A stretch of DNA of 64,000 bases, from NCBI GenBank assembly GCA_027923505.1, contig BROI01000011.1, positions 186,001 to 250,000 of the forward strand, given 5' to 3'. Position 1 is the first letter of the stretch, and every line of letters starts with the position of its first letter. The notes below the pieces were generated by a model, which was not told the origin of the DNA, did no database searches, and saw nothing but the letters and a program-made list of their open reading frames with translations. The translations under genes were made by a program, and so were the position numbers. Positions 10,040 to 21,651 of this stretch are shown in pieces. This DNA is from Mayamaea pseudoterrestris (lineage: Eukaryota).

Positions 10040-11144
10040 GGTCGAATCCACTCGTCGAATCCTTGTGGGACACGCGGAGTCGAACGACGCATCGACGGGA
10101 AAGGCCCATGGAGCTTCCAGCCACTCATTTCGGTCGTTGATTAGGCCCAGGCATAAGTTCAACAGGCTTCTCCGATCTTGCTAGATCGTCGATTTGTACA
10201 CCCTATGCCATAGTACCTGTTCGACAACGGAGCGTCAAGAGTCATTTGGTCATTTTTGTCAGTCACTTGACAGTCATTCGGCGTTGGCGCGGAAAATCTT
10301 CACGATCAACCCGCGAAGATCACCTTCATGCCAACCTCTCACTTTCTCCACCTTGCAACAGAAGCTTCGCCTTGCGGTGACTCTGGAGGTTTTGGGATTG
10401 TCAATTTGGAGAAGGATGTTGCTTTAACAACCTCTCCTTCTCCGCCCTGGGTCTGTGGTGGGTGGCCGACGGCGGCAAGTGTGCAAGATCTATCGAAACG
10501 ACGCCTCTCTCTTGGGCGTTGGTCGATTGTTTTGTTCCTTGATTTGCTGGTCACTTTTACCAAGACACCAAGATTCGAAGCCAGGGTACTTTCCAACGTT
10601 GGAACCAAGATGCGATGTGGTTTGTTATATCCGCCAGGCGCTTCCCGATCAAGTCTCGAGCGATGAGACGAGAAAGGGCGTTGCCTGAGGTGGCAAGTCA
10701 TGTATCTTGGGAGTCGACGAGGAGATTCGCCTTGTGATCTGTGCTGCTTCACTGGAACCTTGATCCGCCAAAAATGGACAAGGGGTGTAAGAGTATAGTC
10801 TTAATCAATTTGATTAGCTTCGATAGTTTTTAAACAACAATATCTTCTTCCGTCTCTTGTATGTCGTCAAGTTTGAAATTAGTTGTAGACTTGTTTCGTC
10901 GTCGAACACCTCTCCAATGCGACTGCTAACGCTGAATCCCTGCATCGTATCTTGCTCACTAATGATGTGCCAACACCACGAGCTGTTGCTGCTGCATAGA
11001 TGGTAGGGGGTACTTGTCAGTTGCACTCAAATTGTAACTCGTCACAAAGAGGCAACGATACAAGTGCTTGCAAAAGCTTTTATGTAGAGAAAGCATGAAC
11101 GGATCAATTTGGTATTATGTATCGACTATTCGGCGTCGTCGATC

Positions 11145-11734
11145 GCTAATCAAAGTTGAGGTTCAATACTCGCTTGATCAACATACAACGAGTCAAAGCA
11201 ACCACATGGACGGATCCACTTGGTGTCACAGTAGCTCGAATAGCAAGTATGGCTTGTCACGAGACGCACGCCATGGCCGACGGCAATTTCGCATCCGCTA
11301 GTCGAATCCGCCTCGAGCCTTTGCTCCACCGAGTAGCAAGCAGCATCTTTTGGAAAGACAGATTCAAGTATTCAGCGAAGTTCCGCTTTTCGACAAGTAC
11401 TAGATGATTGATTGCTTGATTGGTAAAGTCATCCTCGTCCAAATTCATGCGCAAGTGGTCAAAGTCACAAGCATTCCCAGTTGGCCAAAAGCCGTGCTCG
11501 ACTTGGAACAACTACGTGAACGACCCATCGTGCGCAAACGATTGTGCCCATGAATACTCGTAGTTGCGCAAAATCTCCATAACTTTTGCACGAACCTACC
11601 GTTAAGTATCAAAAGACAAGAAAATGGTACTCTATAATGGATAAAATGGTAAATCTAATTCGACGCATGTTATACCGTACACGAATCAAGTTGATGCAGT
11701 CACACCGGCCCAAGCGATGCAATGCCAATGTCAT
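11145..11734 (-). pseudogene. Degraded spliced gene fragment
   Basis: A plausible phase-0 GT-AG intron (~11596-11680) joins MTLALHRLGRCDCINLIR to VRAKVMEILRNYEY... The frame then continues past in-frame TAG (~11512) and TGA (~11257) codons. No family recognised. Confidence 0.35.
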
Positions 11735-11872
11735 CGCACTGGAAACTCGCGGAGAACAAAATTGTATGAATTAAAAACGACATGTAGGGATGGGGAGTAG
11801 GTACCACCAAAGATTGTAATGGAAACGAGCCCAACCGGATGATACGATGCGTGGTGCACCAAAACCAAAACC

Positions 11873-12371
11873 TTATTCGCAGCAGTGATCGCTACCAAAG
11901 TCAAGGTCGTCTTGCTCCAACAGATCCAGCGCGCTCTCGAGTACACTCTTTAAAATCAGTCGCCTCGCTTGACGGTTGGTTGAATGCGTGCAAGTTGCGG
12001 CTGCTCTTGGTTGAGTCTTGGTTAATGCTGGCGAGGTAGTTGGAGAAGCGGGCGATACTGACTGCGCGCTGTTTGAGAATGCAATGAGCTCCCTTTCACT
12101 CAGTCCGAGGAAGCTCTGTCCACTGGTGCGAGGATGAGAGCATGGAAGCATGTTAAAAGGTGGCGAGTGCATAATTGGAGAGTTGGTTTAATGCTCGAGT
12201 TGTGGGAGAAGCAAGAGGGGCTTGCCAGCGATGAGAAGCAGAAGGAACACCTCTGTGCAGTTTTCGCGGGAGGAATTGGTTCACGCGACCCATGTCGACT
12301 ATTGCCTGTGTCTCTGAAAGTTCGTTGGGGACGATGACGCGCTGTGTTTGTTCAATGAAAGAAGAGCTCAT
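11873..12371 (-). CDS. Small hypothetical protein (frameshift or unresolved intron)
   Basis: Two overlapping minus-strand frames (12153-12371 and 11873-12172). The second ends in an amphipathic acidic motif, ILKSVLESALDLLEQDDLDF. Confidence 0.35.
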
Positions 12372-12959
12372 TATGTAGAGTAAGCGTGCCTGGGCGTTTG
12401 CATGAGTTGAATGACCAAAAAATGACCGTGAATGATCAATGAAGACAAATGACGCTTGGTTCAATTTAAGCCTGACGAAGCATGTTGGACCTTCTTTGCT
12501 TCGAATCCGAGGTGTATTGCAACGATAGTCCCCCGAACACGTCGCATTCGGATCAACCATTCGGAGTAGTCTCGCTTGAAGCAGCTATAAGAATAAATAA
12601 TACATGGAATGAAGCCTATTGCATGTGGTCGAGCTACGCATTGATAGAGCAAAGCTTGAAAGCGTGCGTTCTACAGAAGACTGAGAATGAATCTGAAACA
12701 ACGGACAGGCAGGTGAGCGACTGGTAGGAGTGGAGTGCATCGTTAAAGGGACGACATCTATCTTAACTACACGAACTGAACAACCTACCGAATGAATGTT
12801 CATATGCTTTTTTCCATGAGCACCGAGGGCTTTGCGCGATGAAAACAAATGAGATTATATTAGTGGTCTTGAATCGGCTACAGTTGGGTATAGGGCGATG
12901 CAAAGCGTTGGGTTAATTTTGAATGGCTGCTTGCTCTGTAAACTTCCCCTCTTTTACTG

Positions 12960-14768
12960 TTAAACAAGCAACGCACTTCGCTGGACGCTGTTTGGCTGGT
13001 TCAGATCCAAAAAGATATTCGCCTGCCGTATATAGTCTTCGCAGCCTTCAATTGTCATTCTCACTTGATCCGCTACCTGTTGAACGTCAGAAATCCTCCT
13101 TGGTACTGCGTCCGCGTCGCTTTCCCCTTTGAATGATATGTTTACGTCCACATGTACCATGTTTCCTTCTCCATAGTGCACCGTCATCCCCTTGACAATG
13201 ACATCATGATGCTTTAGCAACAAAACTTGCCGTATGCTGTTCTCCACTTCCGAAACTGTTGGCAGTGAATGGCCATGCGTCGTTGCCTCGAGCAACGGAC
13301 ACACCACAACATCGGATGCCGACTTTTTGCTGGATGCTCTCACAACTGCATCCGCCACAAATGGTTCAGATATGACGCGTAAACGAACCATGTCCTCGAC
13401 GGCCCGAATGGCGGAGCTTGAAAAGTCGGGTGGAATCTCGACTGCCACGTCCATGAACGCTTTCGGACCAACCTGCCGCGCCCGAATCTGCGTCACGCTC
13501 AGCACATCTCCATGAGTCTCAGCTAAATCATGAACTCGTGTTTCAAGCGACTCATCCAATGCCGCTGCATCCGTGAGTTGGGATATACTGGCACCAAGAA
13601 TGTCCGCACCCGTGAGGCAAATCATGCCGGCAACCAGCAAGCCAGCCGCAGCATCGCAAAAGGCCAGTCCAGGCACATACATGGCCAATCCGATGGAAAA
13701 GAGCGCCAATACACTCGAGTATGCGTCGGAACGATGATGCCAGGCATTGGCAATGACCACTTGCGAGTTGATTGACTCGCCAACCTTGAGTGTGACGCGA
13801 TACAACCACTCCTTGCCGACAATCGAAACCAAGGCCGCGACGAGTGCTAGCGGCGTGGGCGCTTGATGGCCATGTGAATGTGCATGAACGTAAATGACGT
13901 TCGCCAAGCCAGTCTTTTTCAGTACTTGCATCAACTCTGCGTTCGCCATGGTTCCAATCCCAACTCCCGTCACCAGCAACGTCAATGCCAAAAACAAACT
14001 GCCAATTGCTTCAAACTTGCCATGTCCATAGGGATGATCCTCATCGGGCGGCAGTCGCGCCAGTTGCACGCTACCGAGCGTGACAAAGTCGCTGCACAAG
14101 TCCGACAGTGAATGTCCAGCGTCCGCCACGAGCGCGCTGGAATGACACGTGACTCCAATGACAAGCTTGCCGACGCTCAAGACAATGTTCATGGCGACGC
14201 CAAGGAGCGTGACGCGATCCGCCGCATTGTCGTTGCGAAACAGGTAGTTGTAGAGACCGTTTCTGCTGCTGCTATTTGCGTTGACCGTCGGTCGAGGTGC
14301 GTGCGCCAACACGCGGCGGCGCAGCTTTTGCAGCTTGACAATCATATGCAGTACCGATTTTCGAATGGCGTCAGCCATGCTCAAGCCAAGACTGGTGAGA
14401 AAAAAGACTGCAACGTGCGCTCTCGTCAATGATCGCTGCTTCAACACCAATTGAGGTCCAAGTATGGCAATGGCGGCAAAGGCAAGGAGGGCAATCTGGC
14501 GACGACCGAGTCGAATCAATGGACCAGAGGATTCATGGCTACTGCTTGATGGATGACTATGGTCGTGGTGACTGTGAGAATGTCCCATGTGCATGTAGAG
14601 TGAGCTGGAAGAGGGTCTTTTCCTTGCTGTTGTTGCGGAAGTCGGTCGGCTCGTTCCAAACGAGTGCCGCGTGGATCTTGCGTGAAACGATGAGACGGAG
14701 CTGGACACTGAATATCCATCGACATGACTCGTCAACAAGAAGACAGACGAATAGATGAGGTATCTCAT
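12960..14768 (-). CDS. Cation diffusion facilitator (Fe/Zn-CDF, MMT/MTP6-like) metal transporter with targeting presequence
   Basis: DAGHSLSD, HPYGHGKFE and NAWHHRSD motifs. His-rich segments (HMGHSHSHHDHSH, HAHSHGH). N-terminal signal peptide plus S/R-rich transit-like region. Confidence 0.93.
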   Translation of the reverse strand: MRYLIYSSVFLLTSHVDGYSVSSSVSSFHARSTRHSFGTSRPTSATTARKRPSSSSLYMHMGHSHSHHDHSHPSSSSHESSGPLIRLGRRQIALLAFAAIAILGPQLVLKQRSLTRAHVAVFFLTSLGLSMADAIRKSVLHMIVKLQKLRRRVLAHAPRPTVNANSSSRNGLYNYLFRNDNAADRVTLLGVAMNIVLSVGKLVIGVTCHSSALVADAGHSLSDLCSDFVTLGSVQLARLPPDEDHPYGHGKFEAIGSLFLALTLLVTGVGIGTMANAELMQVLKKTGLANVIYVHAHSHGHQAPTPLALVAALVSIVGKEWLYRVTLKVGESINSQVVIANAWHHRSDAYSSVLALFSIGLAMYVPGLAFCDAAAGLLVAGMICLTGADILGASISQLTDAAALDESLETRVHDLAETHGDVLSVTQIRARQVGPKAFMDVAVEIPPDFSSSAIRAVEDMVRLRVISEPFVADAVVRASSKKSASDVVVCPLLEATTHGHSLPTVSEVENSIRQVLLLKHHDVIVKGMTVHYGEGNMVHVDVNISFKGESDADAVPRRISDVQQVADQVRMTIEGCEDYIRQANIFLDLNQPNSVQRSALLV

Positions 14769-15135
14769 GGTAATAACAGTTCTTCGAGATCAATGCAGTG
14801 GGAGCGGATCTTGATCCTTCCATGGTTGACGTCAACCGGATTTTTGCCTTCCCCGAAGTGTGTCGCACAAACACCTAATCCAGTACCGGCAAGTGTCAGT
14901 GGATTTGGCGCTTGTGCTATTTCACACGCGCCGGGCGATGAACATCCGAACTCTATCAAAATTTTTACTATTGCCTCAAAGCTAACTATGTCCCAAATTG
15001 TACAATCGAGACCAACGAACAAGCCGCCGTTACTTCGACCGGAACGACACCGTTTTGAAATCTTTTGGTCACACCTCTTGTCACACATGGTGCTTTCGAA
15101 AAACATTTAGCAAAACTAACAAACGACCCGTGACG

Positions 15136-16953
15136 ATGAGATCCTCCCTTTCCTGCCTTTTGCTGACCGTCTTGTCAGCAGTATTCAGTCAGACCCATGC
15201 GTTCATGATTAGCGAGATTTTTCTGCCAGTGAACCTTGAGGAGGAAGCCACACCGACGAGAAGCCCAGGTCAAAGACCTCCTTCTGTTCCAACTGACGAC
15301 GACAATGCGCCTCAAATAGTAGCCGACTCTCCATCCATCGCATCATTGCCATCAGACTTTCCAAGCATTATTCCATCGGATCAGCCGAGTACTGCGCCAT
15401 CGAACGTTCCCAGTGTCATGCCATCAGACTTGCCAAGCCTCATGCCATCGGCTTCTGCAACTTTGTCATTCTCCGTTGCACCATCCGCAGCAGCAACATC
15501 AACCATGGCAATGGAAGCTCAAAGCAGCAACAATAACACGCTCGGCGTTGACTATCACTACGGCTCGACCGTCTACAGTGACATTGACGGCGTCGTCTTC
15601 ACCTGCGGCGGCGTGCCACTCGATGGAATAAACGCTTCCACAAGCACCGTCGCCTACAGCATTCCCTACACGTACCAGTTGCAAGTCGACGAGTCGTACA
15701 TTGCGAGTCAAGCTGCCAACGTCAATCCAATGTACTTGATTCAAAAAACGATTGATACGTTGCAGTCACTCATTTTGGATACGACATTGTACAGCGCCTG
15801 CAACCTGCGCCAAGTCTTGTACGACGACCGAGAGGCGATTGGACTGGCGGCCACCAAACGCGACACTCCGGTGGGAGAGTGTGGCAACTATTGTTTGGTG
15901 GTGCAAGGATCCATTTCGAGTTACTTGGATGATAATCATGGCATTGTGGCCTGCAACGCGCTGCAGCAAGTGCATGGCATGCTCGCCAGTAGTCGCATCA
16001 CCAACTTGACGGGAGTCAGTGACGTGACACCCGATGATTCGACGGCAAGCAATCCGATCTTGTGCCTTCCGGAAACGATTGCGTCAAACAATGTTGCTTC
16101 AGCGGTCGACGACTTTAACGTCAATCGATACTACAATTGCGATGGAGCGAGAAGGAGTGTTTCCACAGACTCTGAACCATTGGAAATTGATTACCAGTAT
16201 ACGCTCACTGTCACGGACAGCGACGTTGACTTTTACAGGGTGGTTGCAGCGATTGACCAGCTGCTCTACTATGCCATTTTGGAATCGTCCTGCTACACGG
16301 CGGCAGCAGTCAAGAAGGATGACTCATTGTTGGTGACGGCGTCTCCTTCCGATTCCGTTGCGTCTCCCTGCGGCGATCAGTGCTTCAACATTACGGGTGC
16401 CGTCAGTTTCCAGTTTGACGACGAGTACGGTCTCGTTGAATGCGCCATTATCAATGCCTTGTTCAACGCCTTTCAAAGTGATGCGATTGGCAATTTGGAA
16501 GGTGTGGAGAGTGTTGCCTTTGGTAGCGAGGACTTGCTCTATACTTGCATTCGCAACGACTTGCGCGACGATCCCGACTATGATCCATCCAATGCGTTTG
16601 GTCAATCGGATACTTCCAGTATGGCTGCGACGACGACAACGACTGGAAATGCCATTCAACAGCAGGCAACATCAATTGCGGTCGGTGGTGTCATGGGTTT
16701 CGTTGCCACAGGTGCTCTTTTGGTACTTGTCATGCTTGCTTCGGGACGCAAATCCAAGCAGCGACGTGGAGTCCAAGCGGAAATGCAGCTGGACGACGAC
16801 GACAGCGAATCCATGGAGCCCGAGGAGGAGTGCACCCCGCGCAAGCTCTTTGGCGGCGACGAATGCGAGTCGTCGCGTGATGCACCGGGCATTCGCTACG
16901 CCGACTTTGAAACGTCGGTTGTTAGCGAGAATGATGGCTCATGGATCAATTGA
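15136..16953 (+). CDS. Type I membrane protein with PSxx stalk and a tandemly duplicated Cys-containing extracellular domain
   Basis: Signal peptide from ATG 15136 and PSDFPSIIPSDQPS repeats. Two ~175 aa similar modules (ECGNYCLVVQGSI..DDNHGIVAC vs PCGDQCFNITGAV..DDEYGLVEC), then a TM helix and basic/acidic tail. Confidence 0.85.
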   Translation: MRSSLSCLLLTVLSAVFSQTHAFMISEIFLPVNLEEEATPTRSPGQRPPSVPTDDDNAPQIVADSPSIASLPSDFPSIIPSDQPSTAPSNVPSVMPSDLPSLMPSASATLSFSVAPSAAATSTMAMEAQSSNNNTLGVDYHYGSTVYSDIDGVVFTCGGVPLDGINASTSTVAYSIPYTYQLQVDESYIASQAANVNPMYLIQKTIDTLQSLILDTTLYSACNLRQVLYDDREAIGLAATKRDTPVGECGNYCLVVQGSISSYLDDNHGIVACNALQQVHGMLASSRITNLTGVSDVTPDDSTASNPILCLPETIASNNVASAVDDFNVNRYYNCDGARRSVSTDSEPLEIDYQYTLTVTDSDVDFYRVVAAIDQLLYYAILESSCYTAAAVKKDDSLLVTASPSDSVASPCGDQCFNITGAVSFQFDDEYGLVECAIINALFNAFQSDAIGNLEGVESVAFGSEDLLYTCIRNDLRDDPDYDPSNAFGQSDTSSMAATTTTTGNAIQQQATSIAVGGVMGFVATGALLVLVMLASGRKSKQRRGVQAEMQLDDDDSESMEPEEECTPRKLFGGDECESSRDAPGIRYADFETSVVSENDGSWIN

Positions 16954-17230
16954 GAAAGAGAGCGACAAGTTTTAGGTTTTGAATGTCATTAAGAGACACA
17001 CACACAATTAACAAATACGTGACTTATGCTCTACCTGTCGTAGCAAATACTATGACTTGGACAGATACTACCGGTACGTATGATGGGCTCGGGAATTTTG
17101 GCAATCATAGCGCTTGTCACATCGGCACTGTTTGACGTTTAAGTGAATCGGACGATTGCAAAATGTTTTTACATCACCTTGACCAGCTTTACTTTACCAA
17201 AAGAGCTTTCTATTGTAGCATACTCTTGTC

Positions 17231-18175
17231 ATGACCGATCGTTACTATAACTGTAGAGTAACGCGATTTCCAATCTCCGCTCTCGGATCACTTGCTTTGG
17301 TTGTCCTGATGCTGCCGATTCATCCATCAACCTGCTTTTCGACAAATCCATCAAGGCACGATCGCAACCATTTCAATAATATAAACTCACAATCATCAAC
17401 TACACCGAATCACATTGCATTCATTTGCGACGGCAACTCTCGCTGGGCCGACTCGCGCCGTTTGCCAACGGCGGCGGGTCATTTGGCCGGCGCCAAGCGA
17501 CTCGTCGAGCTGCTGCAGCACTTGCAGAATCTGCAACCACACGTTGCATACTGCACCATGTACGCCTTTTCCACCGAAAACTGGCAACGTCCGCAAACGG
17601 AAATTGATGAAATCTTGAGCGTCATGGAAGCAACGGCAAACAATTGTTTGGAATTGGTGCGGCGCAGCAACATTTGTTTCAAGGTGATTGGAAACTTGCA
17701 GGACGACCGGTTACCAAATTCACTCGTGGCGGCGCTTCAAAAGCTTGAAAGTGAATCGCAGCGTGAAACTAACTTCGAGCAGCATTGTTTGCATTTGAGC
17801 ATTGCCGTTAACCATGGTGGCCGGCAGGATATACTACAAGCTAGCAAGGAACTGGCGCGATTGATTGCCGATGGAACCATTGATGATAATGCCGACTCGG
17901 TCACAGAGGAGGACTTTTCAAAACTGCTTTCGACAAACAGTATGCCCGACCCCGACTTGGTCATTCGCACGAGTGGAGAATGTCGCTTGTCCAACTTTAT
18001 GCTGTGGAACGTTGCCTATGCGGAGCTTTACTTTACAGACAAGTACTGGCCCGACTTTGATCACAATGAGTTGCAGAAAGCGCTGGAGTGGTACGCCTCG
18101 CGCAAGCGGCGGTTTGGAGCTCGAGTTGTTGGAGCGGCGGCGGCGTCCTCCTCCAAGACGAATGTCAATGGGTGA
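17231..18175 (+). CDS. cis-prenyltransferase (undecaprenyl/dehydrodolichyl diphosphate synthase family), probably plastid-targeted
   Basis: PNHIAFICDGNSRWA, YAFSTENWQRP, PDPDLVIRTSGECRLSNFMLW, YAELYF and RRFG motifs. Signal peptide followed by STC-FST. Confidence 0.95.
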   Translation: MTDRYYNCRVTRFPISALGSLALVVLMLPIHPSTCFSTNPSRHDRNHFNNINSQSSTTPNHIAFICDGNSRWADSRRLPTAAGHLAGAKRLVELLQHLQNLQPHVAYCTMYAFSTENWQRPQTEIDEILSVMEATANNCLELVRRSNICFKVIGNLQDDRLPNSLVAALQKLESESQRETNFEQHCLHLSIAVNHGGRQDILQASKELARLIADGTIDDNADSVTEEDFSKLLSTNSMPDPDLVIRTSGECRLSNFMLWNVAYAELYFTDKYWPDFDHNELQKALEWYASRKRRFGARVVGAAAASSSKTNVNG

Positions 18176-18676
18176 GTGACGAGTTACATGAACGAACGCT
18201 GATACACTGCCACTCGACTTGGTCAGCCACTCAAGCGATTGCGTGTGGCTTCGTTTTGGCTTCAAGTCGAAGGATGCACTGCGAATCGATACCTGGGCCA
18301 TTGCAAGCAAAGTCGCATGGCACTAAATGTCAGTGGTCAAACATTCGTGGGCGGTACACATTGCGATAAAGCACAGGCAAATTTTTACTCGTTGTAGTTG
18401 CCAGTGAACGAGTTTGAAAAAACTTGGGACTAATTTATATATACTGGTATTTCAAATGACGAAGGGAAGGAAAGTGTAAGCCTTAACTTTGTTTCCAGGA
18501 AAAGATCCGGCGGGCAATGGCCGATCCAAGTAGCATCATGTCGCACTAGGTCTCACTACGACATTTTCAAATTGATCTTCGATCGTCATCATGCAGATCT
18601 TGTTCACTTTCGAAAGCTGTCTTCACTCGACAATTGACTACAATCACAGTGAAAGCAAGATTCATTATTCATCAGA

Positions 18677-19522
18677 ATGAGAATCTCAATAGCGAGACTT
18701 GTGGGGAGTGTGATTGGACTTGCTTGTTACGCGCAAGCATTTTCCGTCGCCGGAACCGTTCCGTCGGTAGCATCATCGCTTCGACGAGACGATGCTCATG
18801 CCTTTTCTTCCAATCCGTGTCAACATGGCTACAGTTCCCAAACCAAACTATGCGCCAAAAAGACTGACCTTAAGAATAACTTCGCCAATGATGAGAGCAT
18901 GACATCAGCTGCTGTCGTCGCTCGACCCGATCCTTCCATTCTTCTGTCGGCGCGCGACGATTCCACCCAACAACTTGGCTTTGCCGCCATTTGCGGATCC
19001 ATTGCCATTGGAACTTTAATTGTGATTCAATTTTTGACGGCCGTGGAGGAATTTCTTCCAAACGGCTGGTTCGCAACATGGCGCGACTATACGTGGGCCG
19101 TGCCGCTTGGCTTGATTTACGCCGCGGCTGGAGTCTCACACTTTGCTTTGAAGGAAAGCTTCATTGCCTTTGTGCCGCCACTCGGCACGTGGGGAGGACT
19201 CTGGCAGATTCCAGCGCCTGGCAGTGAACAGTTGAAATTGACTTACGAAGAGTACCACTGCTACTGGACGGGTGTCGCCGAAATATTGGGCGGACTCGGG
19301 TTGATGGCGAGTGCCTTGCACTTGGTTCCACTCGATGTGCGCGTTCCAGCTTTCTGCGTCGGTTTACTGACGGCCGCCGTGACGCCGGCCAATATTTACA
19401 TGGCGACGCATGACGTGCAGCCTCCCAACTTTCCGCCCGTGCCATATCCGAGTGGGCATGTGGCGCGAGGAGTTTTGCAGTGCGTGCTGCTCGGAGTCTT
19501 TTACAAACTAACCTTTCAATGA
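18677..19522 (+). CDS. DoxX-like multi-pass membrane protein, probably plastid-targeted
   Basis: Signal peptide followed by AQA-FSV. AGVSHF, WTGVAEILGG and VTPANIYMA motifs typical of DoxX-like proteins. Confidence 0.7.
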   Translation: MRISIARLVGSVIGLACYAQAFSVAGTVPSVASSLRRDDAHAFSSNPCQHGYSSQTKLCAKKTDLKNNFANDESMTSAAVVARPDPSILLSARDDSTQQLGFAAICGSIAIGTLIVIQFLTAVEEFLPNGWFATWRDYTWAVPLGLIYAAAGVSHFALKESFIAFVPPLGTWGGLWQIPAPGSEQLKLTYEEYHCYWTGVAEILGGLGLMASALHLVPLDVRVPAFCVGLLTAAVTPANIYMATHDVQPPNFPPVPYPSGHVARGVLQCVLLGVFYKLTFQ

Positions 19523-19675
19523 AAGCATTTGTAACAATCAACTGCGTCGGAACGGCGAGAGACATGCTAATCTCATTCAATGCTACGCTATAGTAATATA
19601 CAAGCACAAATGTAACATGCAAATCTTTATCTACTATGTACCACTCCCCAATGCTTCTATGCGCTACTTCATTCA

Positions 19676-21651
19676 TTACCTTGCATGCGTCGCATTCGCA
19701 TCAAACAGCATCATTTCCAATATCCGCCTCCTTCGACTACTCGTTGGATCCATCGAGTTGTCGTAGCATCGCGTGCAGCAGTCGGGAAAGTCGCACTCAA
19801 TCTCCGGCGTGGCGCCCTGGCAGTCGGCCATGAGTTGCGTCAAGTTGCCACCGTCGTTGCGCAGGTTGCAGATTGATTCCGGCATGCTGCCCGTCAAACT
19901 GTTGAACTGCAACGTAAACTCGGTGAGTGAGTCAAGCTGTCCGGCTGTAATGCTTGGCACTGTGCCCGTGAGCAAATTGTTGTTGAGAAAGAGTTCCGTC
20001 AAGGACTCGGCATTGGCGTAGCTGGATGGAATGCTGCCAGTCAGCGCGTTGTTGTTCAAGTACACCATTTCGATAGAGTCGGATGTGTTGAAGATACCAT
20101 CGGGAATAGTGCCGGTGAAACTGGCAAACGACAAGTCCAGGTCGACAAGGTTGGTCATGTTTCCGAATATTCCTGGAATAGAGCCCGTGAGAAAGTTGGT
20201 GCCCATGACCAAGTACTCTAGCTGACTCAGCGAAGCCAATGTGTCTGGCAAGCTTCCCGATAACAGATTGTTGGAGAGTCGTAGATCCGTCAATTCCGTC
20301 AGCGAGCCTACACTGTTTGGTATCGAGCCAGAAATAAAGTTGAAATCCAGTCTCAGCACGTTGAGTTGACTCAAATCCGAGATGTCTGTAGGAATTGACC
20401 CTTGGAAGTTGTTGCCCCAGAGCTGAAGATTCTGCAGGTTTGTCATTCGAGTAAAGGGAGCCTCCTGAAGGCTATTGTCAAACAAGTTATTGTACATGAT
20501 GAGCGTGGTAATATTGGTCAAGTCGCCGAGCGCGTCAGGAACAGATCCAACGAGCTGATTGCCCGCGACCCAGAACGATTCGAGTTGCGAAAGCTGACTA
20601 ATGTCAGAGTCAATCGTGCCGGCAAACTGGTTGTTGGAAAGAAACAAATTGACCAAGCTTGTGAGCTGGAGCATTTCTGGCGTAAGAAGCGTGCCATTGA
20701 ACTGATTCTCCTCCAAGTCCAAGACTTCGAGTTGCGTAAGGTTGCCAATACCAGTAGGAACAGTGCTGGTTATCTCATTGTTGAAGAGCTCTAGGCGCGT
20801 CAAGGTGGATATGGCTCCGATTTCATCTGGCAAGGTTCCTTCCAAGTTGTTTTGTGCTGTTATGAATGACGGCATTAAAGTTGGCGTGAGAAACGATCAC
20901 AAACACTTAACATCATATCAATCATCTCATATGCATTATACGTACGAAGCGTAATATTGCTCGTGTTGACGCCATCGTTGCAAGCAACGCCGTACCAGTC
21001 ACACTCGCTCGAACCAGACAACCAGCCCGTATTGTTCACCCATTGGGCGCCATTGGTGCTAAAGTACAAAGTCGTGAGCGCGTATCGCAACTCCAACGTC
21101 GGATACGTGCAAATGTCTTGCGTCAGTGGATCGTTCACGTTTAAAAAGTTGAAAGCTTTGCCTTGCGGCGTGTTGGCATCTTGGAGCGTTGCTTCCGACG
21201 TGACACCTGAAAGAGCGCTCCGCAAAAAGTCTTCTCGCGACAATCCATTGCACCCATTCGTCAAGGCTGTCGGACCAGACGTTGCGACCGTCGGTGGCGC
21301 CACCGTCGGAGCACTGAATGGCGCCATGGTTTGCACGCTTGCTGGCGCTTGGGTCGGAATGCTCATTTCAAATTGCAGCAAACGCTCGGCTTCCATTTGG
21401 GCATTGGAAACTTCCGTCAACCAAAGCTCTTCGAGTGTGTCAACGTCAATGGAATCCAAGTTACGATTTCTTATTTGCTGCTGGTGGCCGCCGCCAAGGC
21501 CTACTAAATGGTGATTGCTGCCATGGCGCTGACGTGATATTGGAACGTGTTCTGCATTTTGCGAGTGCCTCGTTTCCAGTGGCCCTTGTGCGGCAGACGA
21601 TGGCGCAGCTATTAGCAGGCAGCACACTTGCAGCAGTATTAACGGAGTCAT
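19676..21651 (-). CDS. Secreted leucine-rich-repeat protein (LRR1); exons 21651-20946, 20856-19676
   Basis: Signal peptide, P/T stalk, PQGKAF...RYALTTLYFST..W...WLS..SECDWYGVAC cap and >12 plant-type LRRs (NxLxGSIP), ending in DC...IEC..CCTRC. An 89-nt GT-AG intron joins the two ORFs in frame. An upstream ATG (21693) is also possible. Confidence 0.92.

Noticed and set aside
11257..11514. Selenocysteine or stop-codon readthrough
   Set aside because: Both TAG and TGA interrupt the frame, there is no redox motif, and no SECIS-like hairpin was recognised. Decay is the simpler explanation.
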